A DNA stretch of 64,000 bases from Laetmonice hystrix (Eukaryota), in NCBI GenBank assembly GCA_965235115.1, contig OZ249436.1, positions 24,926,001 to 24,990,000 of the forward strand, in the 5' to 3' direction. The notes under the pieces were generated by a model. That model was not told the DNA's origin and ran no database searches. It saw only the letters and a list, made by a program, of their open reading frames with translations. The translations under genes and the position numbers were made by a program. Shown here piece by piece: positions 25,201 to 40,200 of this stretch. Each line of letters opens with the position of its first letter. The first letter of the stretch is position 1.

Positions 25201-28200
25201 AGTTTCCAATTAATTTAAAGTTAACAAGATGCACTAATAATCGATTCCAAGCCTAATTAGGCCATTGCTAGTTGGATAACCAAATCTCATACAAAATACA
25301 CCCTCCCGGCAGATGACCTGAGAATATTCAACTCTTATGTCCGATATATCCCTGTCCGCTTAGTAGCACCCAGCCGGGCCCCCATTTTGACATTGCAACA
25401 CCAATACAGCAAGTGCCCAGCTAACAGCACAAATAACAGGATTCAGGGCTTCCTACCACGTTACAAGTCACAATAGATTGCTGCCTGTCGTAAAAATATA
25501 CCAGACCATTTTAAAAAGTCACAGAACCCCAATCCGGCCCTAATATGTCACTCCCAGTACCAATAGACGCTGGAAGCACCATCAACTGAAATTCAGGCCT
25601 AGAACCCACCTCTCTCTACCAATATCATGCACCTAGTCCGTATACGAGGTTGTAATTTCCTTTAATCAACGGGCTGCGCCGCAGCAACCCACTCTGGTCT
25701 TTGCAATCTTTTTCAATATGCGTTAACATTTGTGACCAGCTCAACGCGCCTTGTAAAATTTTTCAAAGTGCGTAAAAGTGTGTGTCCACCCCGACACGCT
25801 TTCCAAACCACTATACCCACCGAGCGACATCCACTCAAATACAGGCTTCGACCGATCCTCACTGTGCCAATAATCCGCCACAAGGCAAATTCAGTCAATG
25901 CAAGCTGGAAAATCGAATGTCAAACCTAATGCTCCCCCCCCAGCACGTTAACTGAAAAAAATCAACTAGCTTGAAAACTAGAATATAGCTTTGTTTAGCT
26001 AACAATCTACTCTCCCAGCGCCATCAACTCGCATACAGGCGTAAAAGCAAACGCACTGCCCCATATAATGCTCCCAGCATAAAACGATGTTGCAATTAAT
26101 TTAAAATTAACAAGATGCACTAGTAATCCGATCCAAGCTTAATTACGTCATTGCTAGTTTCATAACCAAATCTCACAGAAAATACCCCACCCGGGCACAT
26201 AACCTGAAAATATTCAACTTTTATCTCCAATGTATCCCTGTGCACCTAGTAGCACCCAAGCGGGCCCAATTTTGACATTCCAACACAAATACCGCAAATA
26301 CCCGCCTAATGGCACAAAAAACTTTCTACCCCGTTGCAAGTCACATTAGCTTGCTGCTTGTCGTAAAAAATGGTGCAGACCATTTCTAAAGTCACAGTAC
26401 CCCACTCCCGGCCTAATATTACGTTTCAGTATCCATATACGCTGCAAGCGGCAGGAACTCGAATACAGGCCTAAAAGTAACCCCAGTCTAGCAATATCAT
26501 ACTCTCATGCCATATACGAGCTTGTAATTATCTTTAATTAATGGGCTCCGCAGCACCAACCCACTGCATTAACATTTGTTTAACAGCTTAACGCACCTTG
26601 TAAAAAAATTTTCAAGTGCGTAAAAATGCGTGTCCACCTCCACATACTTTAAAAATCACTATACCCACCCAGCGACATTCACTCTAATACACGCCTAAGA
26701 GGAACTTCACTGTCCCATTTGATTCTCCAGCACGTATAGGATGTTTCAAGTAACATTTATCCACGGTCTGGCCCAATAACGTGCAACAAGGCATAGTAAG
26801 TCAATGCGAGCTCGCATGTCAAACCTAACCCGCCCCCCAGCACATGAGCTGAAAATATTCAAATAGCTTGAAAACTAGAATATAGCTTTGCTTAATACCA
26901 TTATACCATCAACTCGCATTACAGGCCTAATGCGAAGCTCCCAGCCTAAAACGAGTTTCCAATTAATTTAAAGTTAACAAGATGCACTAATAATCGATTC
27001 CAAGCCTAATTAGGCCATTGCTAGTTGGATAACCAAATCTCATACAAAATACACCCTCCCGGCAGATGACCTGAGAATATTCAACTCTTATGTCCGATAT
27101 ATCCCTGTCCGCTTAGTAGCACCCAGCCGGGCCCCCATTTTGACATTGCAACACCAATACAGCAAGTGCCCAGCTAACAGCACAAATAACAGGATTCAGG
27201 GCTTCCTACCACGTTACAAGTCACAATAGATTGCTGCCTGTCGTAAAAATATACCAGACCATTTTAAAAAGTCACAGAACCCCAATCCGGCCCTAATATG
27301 TCACTCCCAGTACCAATACACGCTGGAAGCACCATCAACTGAAATTCAGGCCTAGAACCCACCTCTCTCTACCAATATCATGCACCTAGTCCGTATACGA
27401 GGTTGTAATTTACTTTAATCAACGGGCTGCGCCGCAGCAACCCACTCTGGTCTTTGCAATCTTTTTCAATATGCGTTAACATTTGTAACCAGCTCAACGC
27501 GCCTTGTAAAATTTTTCAAAGTGCGTAAAAGTGTGTGTCCATCCCGACACGCTTTCCAAACCACTATACCCACCGAGCGACATCCACTCAAATACAGGCT
27601 TCGACCGATCCTCACTGTGCCAATAATCCGCCACAAGGCAAATTCAGTCAATGCAAGCTGGAAAATCGAATGTCAAACCTAATGCTCCCCCCCCCCCAGC
27701 ACGTTAACTGAAAATAATCAACTAGCTTGAAAACTAGAATATAGCTTTGTTAAGCTAACAATCTACTCTCCCAGCGCCATCAACTCGCATACAGGCGTAA
27801 AAGCAAACGCACTGCCCCATATAATGCTTCCAGCCTAAAACGATGTTGCAATTAATTTAAAATTAACAAGATGCACTAGTAATCCGATCCAAGCCTAATT
27901 ACGTCATTGCTAGTTTCATAACCAAATCTCACAGAAAATACCCCACCCGCGCACATAACCTGAAAATATTCAACTTTTATCTCCAATGTATCCCTGTGCA
28001 CCTAGTAGCACCCAAGCGGGCCCAATTTTGACATTCCAACACAAATACCGCAAATACCCGCCTAATGGCACAAAAAACTTTCTACCCCGTTGCAAGTCAC
28101 ATTAGCTTGCTGCTTGTCGTAAAAAATGGTGCAGACCATTTCTAAAGTCACAGTACCCCACTCCCGGCCTAATATTACGTTTCAGTATCCATATACGCTG

Positions 28201-31200
28201 CAAGCGGCAGGAACTCGAATACAGGCCTAAAAGTAACCCCAGTCTAGCAATATCATACTCTCATGCCATATACGAGCTTGTAATTATCTTTAATTAATGG
28301 GCTCCGCAGCACCAACCCACTGCATTAACATTTGTTTAACAGCTTAACGCACCTTGTAAAAAATTTTCAAGTGCGTAAAAATGCGTGTCCACCTCCACAT
28401 ACTTTAAAAATCACTATACCCACCCAGCGACATTCACTCTAATACACGCCTAAGAGGAACTTCACTGTCCCATTTGATTCTCCAGCACGTATAGGATGTT
28501 TCAAGTAACATTTATCCACGGTCTGGCCCAATAACGTGCAACAAGGCATAGTAAGTCAATGCGACCTCGCATGTCAAACCTAACCCGCCCCCCAGCACAT
28601 GAGCTGGAGATATTCAAATAGCTTGAAAACTAGAATATAGCTTTGCTTAATACCATTATACCATCAACTCGCATTACAGGCCTAATGCGAAGCTCCCAGC
28701 CTAAAACGAGTTTCCAATTAATTTAAAGTTAACAAGATGCACTAATAATCGATTCCAAGCCTAATTAGGCCATTGCTAGTTGGATAACCAAATCTCATAC
28801 AAAATACACCCTCCCGGCAGATGACCTGAGAATATTCAACTCTTATGTCCGATATATCCCTGTCCGCTTAGTAGCACCCAGCCGGGCCCCCATTTTGACA
28901 TTGCAACACCAATACAGCAAGTGCCCAGCTAACAGCACAAATAACAGGATTCAGGGCTTCCTACCACGTTACAAGTCACAATAGATTGCTGCCTGTCGTA
29001 AAAATATACCAGACCATTTTAAAAAGTCACAGAACCCCAATCCGGCCCTAATATGTCACTCCCAGTACCAATACACTCTGGAAGCACCATCAACTGAAAT
29101 TCAGGCCTAGAACCCACCTCTCTCTACCAATATCATGCACCTAGTCCGTATACGAGGTTGTAATTTACTTTAATCAACGGGCTGCGCCGCAGCAACCCAC
29201 TCTGGTCTTTGCAATCTTTTTCAATATGCGTTAACATTTGTAACCAGCTCAACGCGCCTTGTAAAATTTTTCAAAGTGCGTAAAAGTGTGTGTCCACCCC
29301 GACACGCTTTCCAAACCACTATACCCACCGAGCGACATCCACTCAAATACAGGCTTCGACCGATCCTCACTGTGCCAATAATCCGCCACAAGGCAAATTC
29401 AGTCAATGCAAGCTGGAAAATCGAATGTCAAACCTAATACTCCCCCCCCCCAGCACGTTAACTGAAAATAATCAACTAGCTTGAAAACTAGAATATAGCT
29501 TTGTTTAGCTAACAATCTACTCTCCCAGCGCCATCAACTCGCATACAGGCGTAAAAGCAAACGCACTGCCCCATATAATGCTCCCAGCCTAAAACGATGT
29601 TGCAATTAATTTAAAATTAACAAGATGCACTAGTAATCCGATCCAAGCTTAATTACGTCATTGCTAGTTTCATAACCAAATCTCACAGAAAATACCCCAC
29701 CCGGGCACATAACCTGAAAATATTCAACTTTTATCTCCAATGTATCCCTGTGCACCTAGTAGCACCCAAGCGGGCCCAATTTTGACATCCCAACACAAAT
29801 ACCGCAAATACCCGCCTAATGGCACAAAAAACTTTCTACCCCGTTGCAAGTCACATTAGCGTGCTGCTTGTCGTAAAAAATGGTGCAGACCATTTCTAAA
29901 GTCACAGTACCCCACTCCCGGCCTAATATTACGTTTCAGTATCCATATACGCTGCAAGCGGCAGGAACTCGAATACAGGCCTAAAAGTAACCTCAGTCTA
30001 GCAATATCATACTCCCATGCCATATACGAGCTTGTAATTATCTTTAATTAATGGGCTCCGCAGCACCAACCCACTGCATTAACATTTGTTTAACAGCTTA
30101 ACACACCTTGTAAAATTTTTTCAAGTGCGTAAAAATGCGTGTCCACCTCCACATACTTTAAAAATCACTATACCCACCCAGCGACATCCACTCTAATACA
30201 CGCCTAAAAGGAACTTCACTGTCCCATTTGATTCTCCAGCACGTATAGGATGTTTCAAGTAACATTCATCCACGGTCTGGCCCAATAACGTGCAACAAGG
30301 CATAGTAAGTCAATGCGAGCTCGCATGTCAAACCTAACCCGCCCCCAAGCACATGAGCTGAAAATATTCAAATAGCTTGAAAACTAGAATATAGCTTTGC
30401 TTAATACCATTATACCATCAACTCGCATTACAGGCCTAATGCGAAGCTCCCAGCCTAAAACGAGTTTCCAATTAATTTAAAGTTAACAAGATGCACTAAT
30501 AATCGATTCCAAGCCTAATTAGGCCATTGCTAGTTGGATAACCAAATCTCATACAAAATACACCCTCCCGGCAGATGACCTGAGAATATTCAACTCTTAT
30601 GTCCGATATATCCCTGTCCGCTTAGTAGCACCCAGCCGGGCCCCCATTTTGACATTGCAACACCAATACAGCAAGTGCCCAGCTAACAGCACAAATAACA
30701 GGATTCAGGGCTTCCTACCACGTTACAAGTCACAATAGATTGCTGCCTGTCGTAAAAATATACCAGACCATTTTAAAAAGTCACAGAACCCCAATCCGGC
30801 CCTAATATGTCACTCCCAGTACCAATAGACGCTGGAAGCACCATCAACTGAAATTCAGGCCTAGAACCCACCTCTCTCTACCAATATCATGCACCTAGTC
30901 CGTATACGAGGTTGTAATTTCCTTTAATCAACGGGCTGCGCCGCAGCAACCCACTCTGGTCTTTGCAATCTTTTTCAATATGCGTTAACATTTGTGACCA
31001 GCTCAACGCGCCTTGTAAAATTTTTCAAAGTGCGTAAAAGTGTGTGTCCACCCCGACACGCTTTCCAAACCACTATACCCACCGAGCGACATCCACTCAA
31101 ATACAGGCTTCGACCGATCCTCACTGTGCCAATAATCCGCCACAAGGCAAATTCAGTCAATGCAAGCTGGAAAATCGAATGTCAAACCTAATGCTCCCCC

Positions 31201-34200
31201 CCCCAGCACGTTAACTGAAAAAAATCAACTAGCTTGAAAACTAGAATATAGCTTTGTTTAGCTAACAATCTACTCTCCCAGCGCCATCAACTCGCATACA
31301 GGCGTAAAAGCAAACGCACTGCCCCATATAATGCTCCCAGCATAAAACGATGTTGCAATTAATTTAAAATTAACAAGATGCACTAGTAATCCGATCCAAG
31401 CTTAATTACGTCATTGCTAGTTTCATAACCAAATCTCACAGAAAATACCCCACCCGGGCACATAACCTGAAAATATTCAACTTTTATCTCCAATGTATCC
31501 CTGTGCACCTAGTAGCACCCAAGCGGGCCCAATTTTGACATTCCAACACAAATACCGCAAATACCCGCCTAATGGCACAAAAAACTTTCTACCCCGTTGC
31601 AAGTCACATTAGCTTGCTGCTTGTCGTAAAAAATGGTGCAGACCATTTCTAAAGTCACAGTACCCCACTCCCGGCCTAATATTACGTTTCAGTATCCATA
31701 TACGCTGCAAGCGGCAGGAACTCGAATACAGGCCTAAAAGTAACCCCAGTCTAGCAATATCATACTCTCATGCCATATACGAGCTTGTAATTATCTTTAA
31801 TTAATGGGCTCCGCAGCACCAACCCACTGCATTAACATTTGTTTAACAGCTTAACGCACCTTGTAAAAAATTTTCAAGTGCGTAAAAATGCGTGTCCACC
31901 TCCACATACTTTAAAAATCACTATACCCACCCAGCGACATTCACTCTAATACACGCCTAAGAGGAACTTCACTGTCCCATTTGATTCTCCAGCACGTATA
32001 GGATGTTTCAAGTAACATTTATCCACGGTCTGGCCCAATAACGTGCAACAAGGCATAGTAAGTCAATGCGACCTCGCATGTCAAACCTAACCCGCCCCCC
32101 AGCACATGAGCTGGAGATATTCAAATAGCTTGAAAACTAGAATATAGCTTTGCTTAATACCATTATACCATCAACTCGCATTACAGGCCTAATGCGAAGC
32201 TCCCAGCCTAAAACGAGTTTCCAATTAATTTAAAGTTAACAAGATGCACTAATAATCGATTCCAAGCCTAATTAGGCCATTGCTAGTTGGATAACCAAAT
32301 CTCATACAAAATACACCCTCCCGGCAGATGACCTGAGAATATTCAACTCTTATGTCCGATATATCCCTGTCCGCTTAGTAGCACCCAGCCGGGCCCCCAT
32401 TTTGACATTGCAACACCAATACAGCAAGTGCCCAGCTAACAGCACAAATAACAGGATTCAGGGCTTCCTACCACGTTACAAGTCACAATAGATTGCTGCC
32501 TGTCGTAAAAATATACCAGACCATTTTAAAAAGTCACAGAACCCCAATCCGGCCCTAATATGTCACTCCCAGTACCAATACACTCTGGAAGCACCATCAA
32601 CTGAAATTCAGGCCTAGAACCCACCTCTCTCTACCAATATCATGCACCTAGTCCGTATACGAGGTTGTAATTTACTTTAATCAACGGGCTGCGCCGCAGC
32701 AACCCACTCTGGTCTTTGCAATCTTTTTCAATATGCGTTAACATTTGTAACCAGCTCAACGCGCCTTGTAAAATTTTTCAAAGTGCGTAAAAGTGTGTGT
32801 CCACCCCGACACGCTTTCCAAACCACTATACCCACCGAGCGACATCCACTCAAATACAGGCTTCGACCGATCCTCACTGTGCCAATAATCCGCCACAAGG
32901 CAAATTCAGTCAATGCAAGCTGGAAAATCGAATGTCAAACCTAATACTCCCCCCCCCAGCACGTTAACTGAAAATAATCAACTAGCTTGAAAACTAGAAT
33001 ATAGCTTTGTTTAGCTAACAATCTACTCTCCCAGCGCCATCAACTCGCATACAGGCGTAAAAGCAAACGCACTGCCCCATATAATGCTCCCAGCCTAAAA
33101 CGATGTTGCAATTAATTTAAAATTAACAAGATGCACTAGTAATCCGATCCAAGCTTAATTACGTCATTGCTAGTTTCATAACCAAATCTCACAGAAAATA
33201 CCCCACCCGGGCACATAACCTGAAAATATTCAACTTTTATCTCCAATGTATCCCTGTGCACCTAGTAGCACCCAAGCGGGCCCAATTTTGACATCCCAAC
33301 ACAAATACCGCAAATACCCGCCTAATGGCACAAAAAACTTTCTACCCCGTTGCAAGTCACATTAGCGTGCTGCTTGTCGTAAAAAATGGTGCAGACCATT
33401 TCTAAAGTCACAGTACCCCACTCCCGGCCTAATATTACGTTTCAGTATCCATATACGCTGCAAGCGGCAGGAACTCGAATACAGGCCTAAAAGTAACCTC
33501 AGTCTAGCAATATCATACTCCCATGCCATATACGAGCTTGTAATTATCTTTAATTAATGGGCTCCGCAGCACCAACCCACTGCATTAACATTTGTTTAAC
33601 AGCTTAACACACCTTGTAAAATTTTTTCAAGTGCGTAAAAATGCGTGTCCACCTCCACATACTTTAAAAATCACTATACCCACCCAGCGACATCCACTCT
33701 AATACACGCCTAAAAGGAACTTCACTGTCCCATTTGATTCTCCAGCACGTATAGGATGTTTCAAGTAACATTCATCCACGGTCTGGCCCAATAACGTGCA
33801 ACAAGGCATAGTAAGTCAATGCGAGCTCGCATGTCAAACCTAACCCGCCCCCAAGCACATGAGCTGAAAATATTCAAATAGCTTGAAAACTAGAATATAG
33901 CTTTGCTTAATACCATTATACCATCAACTCGCATTACAGGCCTAATGCGAAGCTCCCAGCCTAAAACGAGTTTCCAATTAATTTAAAGTTAACAAGATGC
34001 ACTAATAATCGATTCCAAGCCTAATTAGGCCATTGCTAGTTGGATAACCAAATCTCATACAAAATACACCCTCCCGGCAGATGACCTGAGAATATTCAAC
34101 TCTTATGTCCGATATATCCCTGTCCGCTTAGTAGCACCCAGCCGGGCCCCCATTTTGACATTGCAACACCAATACAGCAAGTGCCCAGCTAACAGCACAA

Positions 34201-37200
34201 ATAACAGGATTCAGGGCTTCCTACCACGTTACAAGTCACAATAGATTGCTGCCTGTCGTAAAAATATACCAGACCATTTTAAAAAGTCACAGAACCCCAA
34301 TCCGGCCCTAATATGTCACTCCCAGTACCAATAGACGCTGGAAGCACCATCAACTGAAATTCAGGCCTAGAACCCACCTCTCTCTACCAATATCATGCAC
34401 CTAGTCCGTATACGAGGTTGTAATTTCCTTTAATCAACGGGCTGCGCCGCAGCAACCCACTCTGGTCTTTGCAATCTTTTTCAATATGCGTTAACATTTG
34501 TGACCAGCTCAACGCGCCTTGTAAAATTTTTCAAAGTGCGTAAAAGTGTGTGTCCACCCCGACACGCTTTCCAAACCACTATACCCACCGAGCGACATCC
34601 ACTCAAATACAGGCTTCGACCGATCCTCACTGTGCCAATAATCCGCCACAAGGCAAATTCAGTCAATGCAAGCTGGAAAATCGAATGTCAAACCTAATGC
34701 TCCCCCCCCAGCACGTTAACTGAAAAAAATCAACTAGCTTGAAAACTAGAATATAGCTTTGTTTAGCTAACAATCTACTCTCCCAGCGCCATCAACTCGC
34801 ATACAGGCGTAAAAGCAAACGCACTGCCCCATATAATGCTCCCAGCATAAAACGATGTTGCAATTAATTTAAAATTAACAAGATGCACTAGTAATCCGAT
34901 CCAAGCTTAATTACGTCATTGCTAGTTTCATAACCAAATCTCACAGAAAATACCCCACCCGGGCACATAACCTGAAAATATTCAACTTTTATCTCCAATG
35001 TATCCCTGTGCACCTAGTAGCACCCAAGCGGGCCCAATTTTGACATTCCAACACAAATACCGCAAATACCCGCCTAATGGCACAAAAAACTTTCTACCCC
35101 GTTGCAAGTCACATTAGCTTGCTGCTTGTCGTAAAAAATGGTGCAGACCATTTCTAAAGTCACAGTACCCCACTCCCGGCCTAATATTACGTTTCAGTAT
35201 CCATATACGCTGCAAGCGGCAGGAACTCGAATACAGGCCTAAAAGTAACCCCAGTCTAGCAATATCATACTCTCATGCCATATACGAGCTTGTAATTATC
35301 TTTAATTAATGGGCTCCGCAGCACCAACCCACTGCATTAACATTTGTTTAACAGCTTAACGCACCTTGTAAAAAAATTTTCAAGTGCGTAAAAATGCGTG
35401 TCCACCTCCACATACTTTAAAAATCACTATACCCACCCAGCGACATTCACTCTAATACACGCCTAAGAGGAACTTCACTGTCCCATTTGATTCTCCAGCA
35501 CGTATAGGATGTTTCAAGTAACATTTATCCACGGTCTGGCCCAATAACGTGCAACAAGGCATAGTAAGTCAATGCGAGCTCGCATGTCAAACCTAACCCG
35601 CCCCCCAGCACATGAGCTGAAAATATTCAAATAGCTTGAAAACTAGAATATAGCTTTGCTTAATACCATTATACCATCAACTCGCATTACAGGCCTAATG
35701 CGAAGCTCCCAGCCTAAAACGAGTTTCCAATTAATTTAAAGTTAACAAGATGCACTAATAATCGATTCCAAGCCTAATTAGGCCATTGCTAGTTGGATAA
35801 CCAAATCTCATACAAAATACACCCTCCCGGCAGATGACCTGAGAATATTCAACTCTTATGTCCGATATATCCCTGTCCGCTTAGTAGCACCCAGCCGGGC
35901 CCCCATTTTGACATTGCAACACCAATACAGCAAGTGCCCAGCTAACAGCACAAATAACAGGATTCAGGGCTTCCTACCACGTTACAAGTCACAATAGATT
36001 GCTGCCTGTCGTAAAAATATACCAGACCATTTTAAAAAGTCACAGAACCCCAATCCGGCCCTAATATGTCACTCCCAGTACCAATACACGCTGGAAGCAC
36101 CATCAACTGAAATTCAGGCCTAGAACCCACCTCTCTCTACCAATATCATGCACCTAGTCCGTATACGAGGTTGTAATTTACTTTAATCAACGGGCTGCGC
36201 CGCAGCAACCCACTCTGGTCTTTGCAATCTTTTTCAATATGCGTTAACATTTGTAACCAGCTCAACGCGCCTTGTAAAATTTTTCAAAGTGCGTAAAAGT
36301 GTGTGTCCATCCCGACACGCTTTCCAAACCACTATACCCACCGAGCGACATCCACTCAAATACAGGCTTCGACCGATCCTCACTGTGCCAATAATCCGCC
36401 ACAAGGCAAATTCAGTCAATGCAAGCTGGAAAATCGAATGTCAAACCTAATGCTCCCCCCCCCCCCAGCACGTTAACTGAAAATAATCAACTAGCTTGAA
36501 AACTAGAATATAGCTTTGTTAAGCTAACAATCTACTCTCCCAGCGCCATCAACTCGCATACAGGCGTAAAAGCAAACGCACTGCCCCATATAATGCTTCC
36601 AGCCTAAAACGATGTTGCAATTAATTTAAAATTAACAAGATGCACTAGTAATCCGATCCAAGCCTAATTACGTCATTGCTAGTTTCATAACCAAATCTCA
36701 CAGAAAATACCCCACCCGCGCACATAACCTGAAAATATTCAACTTTTATCTCCAATGTATCCCTGTGCACCTAGTAGCACCCAAGCGGGCCCAATTTTGA
36801 CATTCCAACACAAATACCGCAAATACCCGCCTAATGGCACAAAAAACTTTCTACCCCGTTGCAAGTCACATTAGCTTGCTGCTTGTCGTAAAAAATGGTG
36901 CAGACCATTTCTAAAGTCACAGTACCCCACTCCCGGCCTAATATTACGTTTCAGTATCCATATACGCTGCAAGCGGCAGGAACTCGAATACAGGCCTAAA
37001 AGTAACCCCAGTCTAGCAATATCATACTCTCATGCCATATACGAGCTTGTAATTATCTTTAATTAATGGGCTCCGCAGCACCAACCCACTGCATTAACAT
37101 TTGTTTAACAGCTTAACGCACCTTGTAAAAAATTTTCAAGTGCGTAAAAATGCGTGTCCACCTCCACATACTTTAAAAATCACTATACCCACCCAGCGAC

Positions 37201-40200
37201 ATTCACTCTAATACACGCCTAAGAGGAACTTCACTGTCCCATTTGATTCTCCAGCACGTATAGGATGTTTCAAGTAACATTTATCCACGGTCTGGCCCAA
37301 TAACGTGCAACAAGGCATAGTAAGTCAATGCGACCTCGCATGTCAAACCTAACCCGCCCCCCAGCACATGAGCTGGAGATATTCAAATAGCTTGAAAACT
37401 AGAATATAGCTTTGCTTAATACCATTATACCATCAACTCGCATTACAGGCCTAATGCGAAGCTCCCAGCCTAAAACGAGTTTCCAATTAATTTAAAGTTA
37501 ACAAGATGCACTAATAATCGATTCCAAGCCTAATTAGGCCATTGCTAGTTGGATAACCAAATCTCATACAAAATACACCCTCCCGGCAGATGACCTGAGA
37601 ATATTCAACTCTTATGTCCGATATATCCCTGTCCGCTTAGTAGCACCCAGCCGGGCCCCCATTTTGACATTGCAACACCAATACAGCAAGTGCCCAGCTA
37701 ACAGCACAAATAACAGGATTCAGGGCTTCCTACCACGTTACAAGTCACAATAGATTGCTGCCTGTCGTAAAAATATACCAGACCATTTTAAAAAGTCACA
37801 GAACCCCAATCCGGCCCTAATATGTCACTCCCAGTACCAATACACTCTGGAAGCACCATCAACTGAAATTCAGGCCTAGAACCCACCTCTCTCTACCAAT
37901 ATCATGCACCTAGTCCGTATACGAGGTTGTAATTTACTTTAATCAACGGGCTGCGCCGCAGCAACCCACTCTGGTCTTTGCAATCTTTTTCAATATGCGT
38001 TAACATTTGTAACCAGCTCAACGCGCCTTGTAAAATTTTTCAAAGTGCGTAAAAGTGTGTGTCCACCCCGACACGCTTTCCAAACCACTATACCCACCGA
38101 GCGACATCCACTCAAATACAGGCTTCGACCGATCCTCACTGTGCCAATAATCCGCCACAAGGCAAATTCAGTCAATGCAAGCTGGAAAATCGAATGTCAA
38201 ACCTAATACTCCCCCCCCCCAGCACGTTAACTGAAAATAATCAACTAGCTTGAAAACTAGAATATAGCTTTGTTTAGCTAACAATCTACTCTCCCAGCGC
38301 CATCAACTCGCATACAGGCGTAAAAGCAAACGCACTGCCCCATATAATGCTCCCAGCCTAAAACGATGTTGCAATTAATTTAAAATTAACAAGATGCACT
38401 AGTAATCCGATCCAAGCTTAATTACGTCATTGCTAGTTTCATAACCAAATCTCACAGAAAATACCCCACCCGGGCACATAACCTGAAAATATTCAACTTT
38501 TATCTCCAATGTATCCCTGTGCACCTAGTAGCACCCAAGCGGGCCCAATTTTGACATCCCAACACAAATACCGCAAATACCCGCCTAATGGCACAAAAAA
38601 CTTTCTACCCCGTTGCAAGTCACATTAGCGTGCTGCTTGTCGTAAAAAATGGTGCAGACCATTTCTAAAGTCACAGTACCCCACTCCCGGCCTAATATTA
38701 CGTTTCAGTATCCATATACGCTGCAAGCGGCAGGAACTCGAATACAGGCCTAAAAGTAACCTCAGTCTAGCAATATCATACTCCCATGCCATATACGAGC
38801 TTGTAATTATCTTTAATTAATGGGCTCCGCAGCACCAACCCACTGCATTAACATTTGTTTAACAGCTTAACACACCTTGTAAAATTTTTTCAAGTGCGTA
38901 AAAATGCGTGTCCACCTCCACATACTTTAAAAATCACTATACCCACCCAGCGACATCCACTCTAATACACGCCTAAAAGGAACTTCACTGTCCCATTTGA
39001 TTCTCCAGCACGTATAGGATGTTTCAAGTAACATTCATCCACGGTCTGGCCCAATAACGTGCAACAAGGCATAGTAAGTCAATGCGAGCTCGCATGTCAA
39101 ACCTAACCCGCCCCCAAGCACATGAGCTGAAAATATTCAAATAGCTTGAAAACTAGAATATAGCTTTGCTTAATACCATTATACCATCAACTCGCATTAC
39201 AGGCCTAATGCGAAGCTCCCAGCCTAAAACGAGTTTCCAATTAATTTAAAGTTAACAAGATGCACTAATAATCGATTCCAAGCCTAATTAGGCCATTGCT
39301 AGTTGGATAACCAAATCTCATACAAAATACACCCTCCCGGCAGATGACCTGAGAATATTCAACTCTTATGTCCGATATATCCCTGTCCGCTTAGTAGCAC
39401 CCAGCCGGGCCCCCATTTTGACATTGCAACACCAATACAGCAAGTGCCCAGCTAACAGCACAAATAACAGGATTCAGGGCTTCCTACCACGTTACAAGTC
39501 ACAATAGATTGCTGCCTGTCGTAAAAATATACCAGACCATTTTAAAAAGTCACAGAACCCCAATCCGGCCCTAATATGTCACTCCCAGTACCAATAGACG
39601 CTGGAAGCACCATCAACTGAAATTCAGGCCTAGAACCCACCTCTCTCTACCAATATCATGCACCTAGTCCGTATACGAGGTTGTAATTTCCTTTAATCAA
39701 CGGGCTGCGCCGCAGCAACCCACTCTGGTCTTTGCAATCTTTTTCAATATGCGTTAACATTTGTGACCAGCTCAACGCGCCTTGTAAAATTTTTCAAAGT
39801 GCGTAAAAGTGTGTGTCCACCCCGACACGCTTTCCAAACCACTATACCCACCGAGCGACATCCACTCAAATACAGGCTTCGACCGATCCTCACTGTGCCA
39901 ATAATCCGCCACAAGGCAAATTCAGTCAATGCAAGCTGGAAAATCGAATGTCAAACCTAATGCTCCCCCCCCAGCACGTTAACTGAAAAAAATCAACTAG
40001 CTTGAAAACTAGAATATAGCTTTGTTTAGCTAACAATCTACTCTCCCAGCGCCATCAACTCGCATACAGGCGTAAAAGCAAACGCACTGCCCCATATAAT
40101 GCTCCCAGCATAAAACGATGTTGCAATTAATTTAAAATTAACAAGATGCACTAGTAATCCGATCCAAGCTTAATTACGTCATTGCTAGTTTCATAACCAA

